This document shows positions 1-8,156 of a DNA stretch of 27,058 nt, one piece after another. The stretch spans positions 1-27,058 of the forward strand of contig RFOJ01000001.1 of assembly GCA_009926705.1 (NCBI GenBank). The letters are read 5' to 3'. The notes below the pieces were generated by a model. The model did not search any database and was not told the origin of the DNA. It saw only the letters and a list, made by a program, of their open reading frames with translations. Numbering within the stretch: the stretch's first letter is position 1; each line of letters starts with the position of its first letter. The position numbers and the translations under genes are program-made. This stretch comes from Acidimicrobiia bacterium (GTDB lineage Bacteria > Actinomycetota > Acidimicrobiia > Acidimicrobiales > Ilumatobacteraceae).

Positions 1-1846
1 GGCAGTTGCCTTGGCCGTTCTCGTCGAGCTCTTCTGTCTTGCGGTGGTGGTGCTCAAACGTTTCGTCGAACGAGAGTCCACGCGTCGCCTCGGCGACCGA
101 GACCCGAAGTGAACCCATCGTGTCGACCACATCGGTGCCGTCGATGGCGAGACGAATCGGGTCGAGACCGTGCTGCTTGGCGACGGCTTCGAACATTCGT
201 TCACGCACCAGTCGGCAGGCTCCGTCGACGGCGCCGCCGCTCATCCACGTTTGTCGCGAAGCCGACGTGCTGCCTGCACTACCAATCGCCGTAGAGATTG
301 GCTCAAGCAGAACGGTGTCAACCCCAAGAACGGTCCGGGCAATCTGCTGTGCCAGAACGACGAAACCTTGTCCAACTTCGGCGGTTGCGAACTGAAGTGT
401 GGCGACGCCGTTTGCCAGGTGGCATCGAGCGGTGGCGTAGTCGTCAAAGCCTTCGGAGTACATCAAGTTCTTGATTGACACACCCCAACCGACACCGCGT
501 CGGATGTTCGACTTACGCGCCGTAAGACCCGAACCGCCGGGAATCTCGAGCGGGTCGGGGGACTCGGGCAGCGGTTCAGGCATTGGGATCGCGGCAGTTT
601 CGCGAATGCATCGTTCGACGGGCGCCACGCTCTCGACGACCTGGCCGGTGATGAGTTTGTCGCCGGTCCGCATGGCGTTCTTCAGGCGGATGTCAACCGG
701 AGAGATACCGCACGCGTCCGCGAGCTTGTCCATCTGCGACTCGTGGGCAAAGCACGCTTGCACGACGCCGAAACCGCGCATCGCGCCGCATGGCGGGTTA
801 TTCGTGCGTACGGCGTAGCCGTCGACCGTCGCGTTCTCACATTGATAGGGGCCTTGCACGTGGGTTACGGCATTGATGAGTACCGCGGAAGATGTTGAGG
901 CGTAGGCACCACCGTCGAGCACGAGTCTTGATTCAACTCGTCGCAAGGTGCCGTCTCGATCGGCATGGTGGCGCATGAAGATGGTTGCTGGATGCCGGTG
1001 AATGTGTCCGAAGAACGACTCCTCACGGCCGTACTGCATTTTGATTGGTCGTCGGGTGACGAGAGCGAGCAGACAACAATGCACCTGCAGGCTGATGTCT
1101 TCGCGGCCCCCGAATGCGCCGCCAACACCACCGAGCGTGAGACGTACCTTTTCCGGCTCGAGATTGAGGCACGCCGCAATCTGTTTTTGGTCTTCGTGTA
1201 ACCACTGCGTGGCGACGAACAGTTCGACGCCGTGTCCGTCGTCGTCGGGGAGCGCCAAGGCGGCTTCGAGACCGAGGAAGGCCTGGTCTTGCATACCGAT
1301 CTCGTACGTGCCTTCGACAACAACCTCACCGACGAGGTTCTGATCACCGCGCACGATGCGCTGGCGACGAATGACGTTTCCGTCTGGGTGGATCTTTGAC
1401 TGTGAAGGGTCAATCGCCTTCTCGGCATCAACAAGGGGAGTCAGCACTTCGTAGTCGACCTTGATGGCAGCCAAAGCACGACGGGCCGTCTCTGGATGGT
1501 CGGCGGCGACTGCGGCAACCGGTTCACCCGCGTAGCGCACGTAGTCACGCGCAAAGACCGGTTGGTCACTCGCGATGAGGCCGTACGTGAGCTTTCCTGG
1601 CACGTCATCCGCCGTGACGACCGCCGACACACCATTGATGGCGAGTGCCGCTGACGTATCGATGCGCAGGATGCGCGCGTAGGGGTGCGGGCTGCGAAGC
1701 GTTGCGCCCCACAGCATGTTGTCGGCCCAGGCATCGCTAGAAAATGCGAAACGTCCCTGCACTTTGGGAATGCCATCTGGGCGCAGGGCCGAAGTGCCAA
1801 GAGCACCCTGGCGAGTGCGAGTTGAGGTGTCGGTCTTCGTCGCCAT
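1..1846 (-). CDS. pucD: Xanthine dehydrogenase family molybdopterin-binding subunit (PucD-like), 3' end truncated by the window edge
   Basis: Absent from the ORF track because no stop falls inside the window. Manual translation of several segments from ATG 1846 stays in one frame: MATKTDT...RPDGIPKVQGRFAFSSD...LRSPHPYARI, GMQDQAFLGLE, GVGGAFGGREDISLQ, VRTNNPPCGAMRGFG, KNLMYSEGFDD, ending ...LDENGQGNC. The start sits just after the stop of the 2Fe-2S gene (TGAGATG). Confidence 0.9.
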   Translation of the reverse strand, partial: MATKTDTSTRTRQGALGTSALRPDGIPKVQGRFAFSSDAWADNMLWGATLRSPHPYARILRIDTSAALAINGVSAVVTADDVPGKLTYGLIASDQPVFARDYVRYAGEPVAAVAADHPETARRALAAIKVDYEVLTPLVDAEKAIDPSQSKIHPDGNVIRRQRIVRGDQNLVGEVVVEGTYEIGMQDQAFLGLEAALALPDDDGHGVELFVATQWLHEDQKQIAACLNLEPEKVRLTLGGVGGAFGGREDISLQVHCCLLALVTRRPIKMQYGREESFFGHIHRHPATIFMRHHADRDGTLRRVESRLVLDGGAYASTSSAVLINAVTHVQGPYQCENATVDGYAVRTNNPPCGAMRGFGVVQACFAHESQMDKLADACGISPVDIRLKNAMRTGDKLITGQVVESVAPVERCIRETAAIPMPEPLPESPDPLEIPGGSGLTARKSNIRRGVGWGVSIKNLMYSEGFDDYATARCHLANGVATLQFATAEVGQGFVVLAQQIARTVLGVDTVLLEPISTAIGSAGSTSASRQTWMSGGAVDGACRLVRERMFEAVAKQHGLDPIRLAIDGTDVVDTMGSLRVSVAEATRGLSFDETFEHHHRKTEELDENGQGNC

Positions 1847-1847
1847 C

Positions 1848-2342
1848 TCACGCACCACCCGAGATGTCTGCCGCGCGCGTATCACGCGCTTGTCGCACTG
1901 CTTCAAAGATGCGACCGTAGCCGGTGCAGCGACAGATATTGCCGCTGATGGCTTCTTTGATTTCAAGATCGCTCGGTGCTGGGTTGCGGTCGAGCAGATG
2001 GTGCACCGCGACGATGAGCCCTGGCGTACAGAAGCCGCACTGCACACCACCTGCGTTGACGAACGACTGCTGCACGTCGGTTGGCTCGCCGTCGCTCGCC
2101 AAACCTTCCACCGTGACGATGTCGGCTTCGACGGCGGTCGCCGCCATGACGAGACAGGAACAGACAGCTTCGCCGTCCATGATCACCGTGCACGACCCGC
2201 ACTCACCTTGCTCGCAGGCGCCCTTGGTGCCTGGGAGGCCGAGCCGCTCGCGCAGCACATAGAGCAGGCTTTCACCAGCCCACGCGTCCTGCACCTGGTG
2301 CTCCATGCCGTTCACGCGAAGCGTGTAGAACTCGTTGCTCAC
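1848..2342 (-). CDS. Xanthine dehydrogenase small [2Fe-2S] subunit (PucE/CoxS-like)
   Basis: Motifs GTKGACEQGECGSCTV...SC and QCGFCTPG...GNICRCTGY. The start is moved from the ORF-track 2645 to GTG 2342, which overlaps the upstream stop (GTGA); 164 aa. Confidence 0.92.
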   Translation of the reverse strand: MSNEFYTLRVNGMEHQVQDAWAGESLLYVLRERLGLPGTKGACEQGECGSCTVIMDGEAVCSCLVMAATAVEADIVTVEGLASDGEPTDVQQSFVNAGGVQCGFCTPGLIVAVHHLLDRNPAPSDLEIKEAISGNICRCTGYGRIFEAVRQARDTRAADISGGA

Positions 2343-3220
2343 TGTGGACCTCGCTTCGTTGTCGCAGTCGATTCGTAGGCGGCACGCAACAACAAGCGTT
2401 GCGCGAGCACAGAGATGGCGTGACGGCGATAGTCGGCTGTCGAACGATGGTCGTCGATTGGCGAACACTCGGCCGCAGCTCGTTGGCCGAATTCGCGAGC
2501 GAGGGTGTCGCTCACCTTCGGATTGCCGACGAGTGATGTCTGTGTCGCCAGCCAGGCTTCGGTTGCTCGTGCGCGTACCACGGTGGGGGCGACGGCTCCG
2601 AGTGCGATTCGCACCGTGCCCGCTCTCGCATCGTGCACCAAACATGCAGAAGCAGCGGAGATCACCATTGCGTTTCGAGTCCCGACCTTGGCGTAACCCT
2701 GGAAGCCCTGCACAATCGGAACACTGACGGCAACGATGAGCTCGTGCGGTTGTCTCGCGTTCCGCTTGACGCCAACCATGAAGTCGTGCACCGATACGTC
2801 GCGCGCTGCGGCACTTGAGCGGAGGTGAACGACCGCGTCGAGCGCACTGAGCACGGGCAGGCCGTCACCTGCGGGGGAGCATGTGCCGAGGTTGCCGCCA
2901 AGCGATCCAGCTGCACGTATCTGCGGTGAACCCACCGTTCGAGCCGCCTCGGCAAGTGCCGGCACGTAGTCGCGCAGCGGTGCGCGTTCCATCTCTGCAT
3001 AGGGGACTCCCGAGCCGATGCGGAGCATGCTCGTCTCGTCGTCGAGGTGCCAGCGGCGAAGCTCGGCCACGCGACGGAGCGAGACGACGTTCTCCACTTT
3101 CGTGCGATTGAAATTAACTTCGACCATCAAGTCAGTGCCGCCCTGGATGAGCCTTGCCTGCGGGTTCGCCGCCAGAGCAGAGAGCGCCTGCTCAATGCTC
3201 GTTGCGTTGACGACGGTCAT
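2339..3220 (-). CDS. Xanthine dehydrogenase FAD-binding subunit (PucC/CoxM-like)
   Basis: GGTDLMV, ARTVGSPQIRAAGSLGGNLGTCSPAGD, YAKVGTRNAMVIS and PIDDHRSTADYRRH motifs; directly upstream of the 2Fe-2S and Mo subunits. Confidence 0.92.
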   Translation of the reverse strand: MTVVNATSIEQALSALAANPQARLIQGGTDLMVEVNFNRTKVENVVSLRRVAELRRWHLDDETSMLRIGSGVPYAEMERAPLRDYVPALAEAARTVGSPQIRAAGSLGGNLGTCSPAGDGLPVLSALDAVVHLRSSAAARDVSVHDFMVGVKRNARQPHELIVAVSVPIVQGFQGYAKVGTRNAMVISAASACLVHDARAGTVRIALGAVAPTVVRARATEAWLATQTSLVGNPKVSDTLAREFGQRAAAECSPIDDHRSTADYRRHAISVLAQRLLLRAAYESTATTKRGPQ

Positions 3221-3230
3221 GCGTAGATGC

Positions 3231-4274
3231 TCACAGGACGGGTTTCCAGTCTGCGAATGCGTCGATCATTGCCCGAACGTCACCGAGCGGGTAGAGGATC
3301 GGGCAGGTCGCGCCATTGCGCATGTAGTGCGCCACTTGCTCGCGGGCGTCGGCCGGCGTTCCGCTCGCGGTGAGCATCTGCACGATCTCGTCGGGCACGT
3401 GCTTGGACGCGGCGACTACTTGTTCGTGGGTTGCCGGCCATGTGAGCACGCTGCCTACCTTGTCGAGGAGCGATTGGGGTACGCCCGATGCCTTCATGAT
3501 GTGCGGTTGTTGACCGAGATACTGCGTGACCATGAGACGAGCCATGTCGAGGGCCGTCTTGCGGTCTTCGTGCACGCTGCAGACCACGAGTTGCGGCCGG
3601 TCGATCGAATCCATCGAGCGGTTCTTCTTTGCGGCACCGGCACCCAGTGCTTCGATGGCTTTGGCGTTGTACTCAGGTGAGACGAGGTAGTTCAAGACGA
3701 CGCCATCGGCGATTTCGCCAGTGAGTTCCATCATCTGCATTCCGGTGGCACCGATGTAGATCGGCACGTCTTTTGGCCGGCGCTCTTGGTAGACGTAGTC
3801 AAGTTCAACACCGTCGAGCTTCACGAACTCGCCATTCATCGTGACGTTCTCGTTGTTCAAGAGAGCTCGCACGGCAGTGACAATCTCGCGCATGGCGCGC
3901 AAGGGCTTGGCGCGATCAATGCCGACTTTCTTGGCCAACGGATCCCACCATGCACCGATACCAAGCAGAACGCGTCCCGGCGCGAGGTCGTCCAGAGTGC
4001 TGAACGTAGCTGCGAGGCGGGCGGGGTTGCGGCTCCAGCAGTCCACGACACCCGAGCCGACCTTCAACGTCTCAGTCACCGAAGCGAACGCTGCCATTGG
4101 CACCGTTGCTTCGCGCACGAGTCGACTCTCGGCCTGCCAAACAGCTTCAAATCCGCGCTGCTCGGCATATTTTGCAAATTCCATTCCTTCGCGGATGCGA
4201 TGCGCATCCTGCAAGTAGAGCGCGACTCGGGCGGTGCCCTTCGAAGTGAACGGGGTGAAGGTGGGCGTTGTCAC
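3231..4274 (-). CDS. LLM-class oxidoreductase, Mer (methylene-H4MPT reductase)-like, probably F420-dependent
   Basis: LLM TIM-barrel motifs [57 protein letters not shown] and SGTP; by eye it follows Mer along its full length. Start GTG 4274 has GGAG upstream and overlaps the ssnA-like stop (ATGTGA); 347 aa. Confidence 0.85.
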   Translation of the reverse strand: MTTPTFTPFTSKGTARVALYLQDAHRIREGMEFAKYAEQRGFEAVWQAESRLVREATVPMAAFASVTETLKVGSGVVDCWSRNPARLAATFSTLDDLAPGRVLLGIGAWWDPLAKKVGIDRAKPLRAMREIVTAVRALLNNENVTMNGEFVKLDGVELDYVYQERRPKDVPIYIGATGMQMMELTGEIADGVVLNYLVSPEYNAKAIEALGAGAAKKNRSMDSIDRPQLVVCSVHEDRKTALDMARLMVTQYLGQQPHIMKASGVPQSLLDKVGSVLTWPATHEQVVAASKHVPDEIVQMLTASGTPADAREQVAHYMRNGATCPILYPLGDVRAMIDAFADWKPVL

Positions 4275-5380
4275 ATGTTCTCCAGTCGTTGATGCAACTT
4301 TCGGGCTGCTTCGCGTGCCTTGGCGCGAGTCTCCGCTTCGTCGACGAGTAGCGAAGTGCCATGGTCGACAATCACTCGACCGCCGGCAACGACTCGCTCG
4401 ACACGCATGCCCGTAGTGAAAGCGCCGTGCCACGGCGAGTTGGCTTCGGGATAGCGCCAGGTGACGACATCGTCTCGCGACTCGGGGAATGCCTCTCGAG
4501 CGTTTTGCATCCATCCCGCGACCACGTCTGGTGTGGCAGCTAGGTCAAATTCACGCAGCCGCGCGTAAGCGAGACGTGACTCTTCGGCCATGTCGCTACC
4601 GATGCCGTCAGAACCAAGCAACACTTTGTTGGGCTTCGTGGTCGGCTTGGCATACCCGACACCGTTGTTCATGTTCGAGCGGGGGTTGTGCGCGATGCGG
4701 CCACGAAGAGGTCGATCGAGATGCACAGTGTGCACGAGCAACCAATCGTCGGCGGCGTGTTTCTCCAGCCGTGCGCCCGCAGCAACGTCGTCAATTGCTT
4801 CGGCAACGTGCACATGCACACCTACGCCATGCTTCTTGGCGAGCGCGGCCGCGGCCTCGATTGTCTCATCAGAGCACGTGAAGGCAGCATGCAAGCCGAC
4901 CATCCCGCGCTTTCCAGCACTGAGGTGACGATCGCACTCATCCAAGCCGGCCATGGCCCCCTTGGTCATGCGTGAGATCGGCGACACCTTTTCGTGCAGT
5001 GATCCGTCGTCAGCCCAGCGGTCGGTGGCCCCGTAGCAAGCATTCACGCGCACACCGACTTCGCTGCAGGCCTTGTCGATTGCTTCGAGCGAGCCTTCGA
5101 TTGCTCGCGGTGACTCGTGATGGTCGATGATGCACGTCGTGCCAGCGAGCGCAGCCTCGAGGGCGCCGAGCTTGGCTGACCAGTAAATAGTTTCGAGATC
5201 GAGGGCTGCATCGAGCCGCCACCACACAAGCGAGAGCATGTCGGGGAAGTTTCTCGGACTCCGACTTGGACCAGGCATGCCGCGCGCAAGAGCCGAATAG
5301 AGGTGATGGTGCGCGTTGACGAGCCCAGGTGTAGTGCTCAGCACCGGTGAGGATGCGGCACTGGCAGTGGTGGCGGTCAT
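4271..5380 (-). CDS. ssnA: SsnA-like metal-dependent amidohydrolase, N-terminally shortened
   Basis: [65 protein letters not shown] and [10 protein letters not shown] parallel E. coli SsnA as recalled (HNHFYSGLSRG, WWRLDRALD, HNARSNMNNHVGY, LGTDGIGSDM). Start ATG 5380; 369 aa. Confidence 0.82.
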   Translation of the reverse strand: MTATTASAASSPVLSTTPGLVNAHHHLYSALARGMPGPSRSPRNFPDMLSLVWWRLDAALDLETIYWSAKLGALEAALAGTTCIIDHHESPRAIEGSLEAIDKACSEVGVRVNACYGATDRWADDGSLHEKVSPISRMTKGAMAGLDECDRHLSAGKRGMVGLHAAFTCSDETIEAAAALAKKHGVGVHVHVAEAIDDVAAGARLEKHAADDWLLVHTVHLDRPLRGRIAHNPRSNMNNGVGYAKPTTKPNKVLLGSDGIGSDMAEESRLAYARLREFDLAATPDVVAGWMQNAREAFPESRDDVVTWRYPEANSPWHGAFTTGMRVERVVAGGRVIVDHGTSLLVDEAETRAKAREAARKLHQRLENM

Positions 5381-5390
5381 CGTGATCGGA

Positions 5391-8000
5391 TCAGTCTTCT
5401 TCGGAGTTGCCGCGACGCATTGGTAGGTGGGTGCGCCACACGCCGTCGAGTTCGTGCAGAGCCTTTGCGACCGCGCCAGCAGTCGGCACAAGCCCGATTT
5501 CGCCGACACCCTTGATGCCGTACGGCGCATTCGGTTGCGGCGATTCGACGAGCATCACCTTCATCGGCGGTACGTCCTTGGCGCGCAAGATGCCGAGTGA
5601 GCGAAGCGTCATATTGGTGGGGAAGCCCGTCTCCGGATCGGCGGGAAAGTCTTCTGACAAGGCGTAGCCGAGACCCATGTGAATGCTGCCCTCTATTTGC
5701 CCTTCACACAGCGTGGGGTTCACGGCACGGCCGACGTCGTGTGCTGCAACAACGCGCTCGATTTTGCCCGTCTCACGATCAATCACCACCAATTGGGTGG
5801 CGTAACCGAATGTCGAGTGGATGATTGGGTTGGTTACCCCAGGATCGCCCAACTTGGTCGTCCAGTCGACGCGGTATTCACCGACATGGTCGATACCGCG
5901 GGTGAGACCTGCTTCGAGTGCTGTTCGGCAAGCGTCTTGCACCGCTCCAGCACCCATGAGCGTGCCGCGCGAGCCGGTTGTCTGACCCAGTCCAAGTTCC
6001 CTGGTCGTGTCAACGACCACTCGCACACGACGCTCGTCGTCGTCGATGGCGAGATGTTGACCGAGTTCTTCGATTGCCACTTGCATCGCCACGGTGTTGA
6101 TGCCTTGGCCCATCTCCGTCCAGCCGTGGCGCACTTCGAGCGAGCCGTCGTCTTCGATTCGCACGACTGCCCGCGTGACTTCTTTGAAGCCGTTACCGAG
6201 CCCGCTGTTCTTCAATCCGAGACCGAGACCGACTGCCTTTCCGGCTTTCTTCGCCTCGTCGTAATGCGGTTTGATCGCTTCGAGACAAGCGAGTGCACCG
6301 TTGCAACCGTCGTCCATCAACTGACCAGGGCCCCACACCATGCCTGGTTGGATGACGTTGCGTCGGCGAATCTCCCACGAGTCGATACCAGCAAGTTCGG
6401 CAAGGCGGTCGAGCATGCCTTCCATCGCGAACTGTGCCTGGTTGGCGCCGAAACCGCGGAATGCGCCACCGACTGGGTTGTTGGTACGAACGGCGATGGA
6501 TTCGACGTCGATGGAAGGCAAGTGGTACGGCCCGCTCGCATGGCCGGCCATTCGTTCGAGCACCTTCATGCCGACACTGGCGTACGCGCCCGAATCGCCC
6601 ACGGCACGCACGCGCAGGGCAGTGAGCTTTCCGTTTTCGTCACAGCCCATCTCATAACTCATGCGAATCGGATGCCGCTTGGCATGCATGAGGAGGCTTT
6701 CTTCACGCGACAAGACGCACTTGACGGGAGCGTCGAGCAACCACGCCGCAAGCGAAGCGTGAGCTTGGTTCGACATGTCTTCTTTTCCACCGAACGCACC
6801 GCCGTTGGTGATGAGTTCGACCGTCACGCGGTCGTTGGCAAGACCGAGCACTCGGGCGATGTCGTTGCGGTCGTCCCACACACCTTGACCGCCGGAGTAC
6901 ACATGTAGGCGTCGCGTCTCACCGCTCCCGGAGGGCACGGCGAGCGTTGCTTCAGGTTCCAGGAATGCATGCTCAATTCGTTGCGTCTGGAAGGTTTCTC
7001 GCACGACGTGCTTGCTGGAAGCGAGTGCAGCATCGACATCACCACGCTGATACGTGCTGGTGCTGAGCACATTGTCTTTGGTCTGCCATACGGCAACTTC
7101 GCTGGTGGAAAGAGCGACGTCGACGTCGGTGATCGGCGTGTGCACCTCGTAGTCAACCTCGACAAGCCCAGCCGCCGCCCTCGCTTGTGCGCGCGACTCG
7201 GCGACCACGATGGCGAGCACATCACCGGCATACGACGTGCGGCCGCCGACTGGAATCATGACCGGCCAGTCTTTGTAAATGATGCCGACCATCAACTCGC
7301 CCGGGATGTCAGACGCTGTGTAGACGGCACGAACGCCCTCCGCCGCTCGTGCGGCGTCGGTGCGAATGGCCTTGATACCCGCCCGAGCGTGCGCAGTGAG
7401 ATGCAGTGCGGCATGCAGCATGCCGGGCACGCGCATGTCGTCGATGTATCCGCGGTCACCGAGAGCGAGCGCTTCAGCTTCGTGCTTTACAGTTCGCGAG
7501 CCGACTCCGCCGGCCGCGGCGAGTGGAGGTATTTCATTCTTTGCGACGCATTCGATCGCGTCGAGAATTTTTGCGTAACCCGTGCAACGACACAAGTGGG
7601 CTCCAAGGTGGCGGGCCATGTCTTCTCGCTTGAGGGCTGCACCCTTCTTGTCGATCTGCGCCTTGGCGCGAACGACGATGCCGGGGATACAAAAGCCACA
7701 TTGCAGACCCCCGCATGCTGCGAACGCCTGCGAGAACTTGGCGCGCTCTTCTTCGGAAACTCCCTCGAGTGTTGTGATCTGCGCGCCTGACGCTTTCTCA
7801 AGGCTCGTCTGGCACGAGACGACTGCCTTTCCGTTCACCAGAACGGTGCAACATCCGCACTGACCAGAAGGTGAGCAGCCATCTTTCGGAGATGTGATGT
7901 TCAGTTCTTCGCGCAATGCCGACAACAGATGCGGATGCGGTTGCCGAACGACGACGGGTACGCCGTTCACGACGAACTCAGTGGCTGCCCCCGCGCTCAC
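5391..8000 (-). CDS. Fused [2Fe-2S] + molybdopterin-binding hydroxylase, selenium-dependent xanthine dehydrogenase type
   Basis: N-terminal KDGCSPSGQCGCCTV and QCGFCIPG...HLCRCTGY. Mo-domain motifs TQRIEHAFLEPE, GGAFGGKED, GGAFRGFG, GMGQG, TTGSRG, AAHDVGRAVNP..CEGQIEG and KGVGE (catalytic Glu). The 869-aa fused layout and the LKNSGLG motif match clostridial Se-dependent Xdh as recalled. GTG start. Confidence 0.85.
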   Translation of the reverse strand: MSAGAATEFVVNGVPVVVRQPHPHLLSALREELNITSPKDGCSPSGQCGCCTVLVNGKAVVSCQTSLEKASGAQITTLEGVSEEERAKFSQAFAACGGLQCGFCIPGIVVRAKAQIDKKGAALKREDMARHLGAHLCRCTGYAKILDAIECVAKNEIPPLAAAGGVGSRTVKHEAEALALGDRGYIDDMRVPGMLHAALHLTAHARAGIKAIRTDAARAAEGVRAVYTASDIPGELMVGIIYKDWPVMIPVGGRTSYAGDVLAIVVAESRAQARAAAGLVEVDYEVHTPITDVDVALSTSEVAVWQTKDNVLSTSTYQRGDVDAALASSKHVVRETFQTQRIEHAFLEPEATLAVPSGSGETRRLHVYSGGQGVWDDRNDIARVLGLANDRVTVELITNGGAFGGKEDMSNQAHASLAAWLLDAPVKCVLSREESLLMHAKRHPIRMSYEMGCDENGKLTALRVRAVGDSGAYASVGMKVLERMAGHASGPYHLPSIDVESIAVRTNNPVGGAFRGFGANQAQFAMEGMLDRLAELAGIDSWEIRRRNVIQPGMVWGPGQLMDDGCNGALACLEAIKPHYDEAKKAGKAVGLGLGLKNSGLGNGFKEVTRAVVRIEDDGSLEVRHGWTEMGQGINTVAMQVAIEELGQHLAIDDDERRVRVVVDTTRELGLGQTTGSRGTLMGAGAVQDACRTALEAGLTRGIDHVGEYRVDWTTKLGDPGVTNPIIHSTFGYATQLVVIDRETGKIERVVAAHDVGRAVNPTLCEGQIEGSIHMGLGYALSEDFPADPETGFPTNMTLRSLGILRAKDVPPMKVMLVESPQPNAPYGIKGVGEIGLVPTAGAVAKALHELDGVWRTHLPMRRGNSEED

Positions 8001-8018
8001 CTTTACAGTTTGTCAAAG
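8001..8018. promoter_or_regulatory. Imperfect palindrome CTTTACA-GTT-TGTCAAAG abutting the xdh start; contains a candidate -10 (TGA-CAAACT, 6 nt before GTG)
   Basis: Arms 8001-8007 and 8011-8018 are complementary with one bulge; an AT-rich island in GC-rich DNA. Function inferred. Confidence 0.4.
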
Positions 8019-8048
8019 GCTGGGGGACCTGCCAATCCACCCCCAGCC
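8018..8048 (-). terminator. GC hairpin GGCTGGGGG/CCCCCAGCC followed by TTTG on the minus strand; possible terminator
   Basis: Perfect 9-bp stem (8018-8026 with 8040-8048), 13-nt loop, short U tract; lies between the carbamoylase pair and the xdh operon. Confidence 0.45.
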
Positions 8049-8156
8049 ATCGATACGTCGAGGGTTCTGGCGACCCCGGAGCCAGGCGGACGGGGGTTTC
8101 AGAAGGCCCCAGCCCCAGAGCGGGGCGGGCCCCCGTGGCGCGCGGTAAGGCCGGCC

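Noticed and set aside
3231-4274. True mer gene implying methanopterin C1 metabolism
   Set aside because: No H4MPT pathway genes nearby; Mer-like LLMs are widespread in Actinomycetota and the context is nucleobase catabolism.
1-8000. Selenocysteine (UGA) recoding in the Mo/Se cluster
   Set aside because: The listed ORFs are open without internal TGA, and their terminal TGAs are followed at once by the next gene. Se in this enzyme family is a labile cofactor, not Sec.
8011-8016. Perfect TTGACA on the minus strand as a -35 box for xdh
   Set aside because: It is only 10 nt from the start codon; the matching -10 would fall inside the CDS in GC-rich sequence with no TANNNT.
8001-8156. Purine, xanthine or Moco riboswitch upstream of xdh
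   Set aside because: I could not find the conserved cores of these families by eye; kept only as an unassigned structured spacer.
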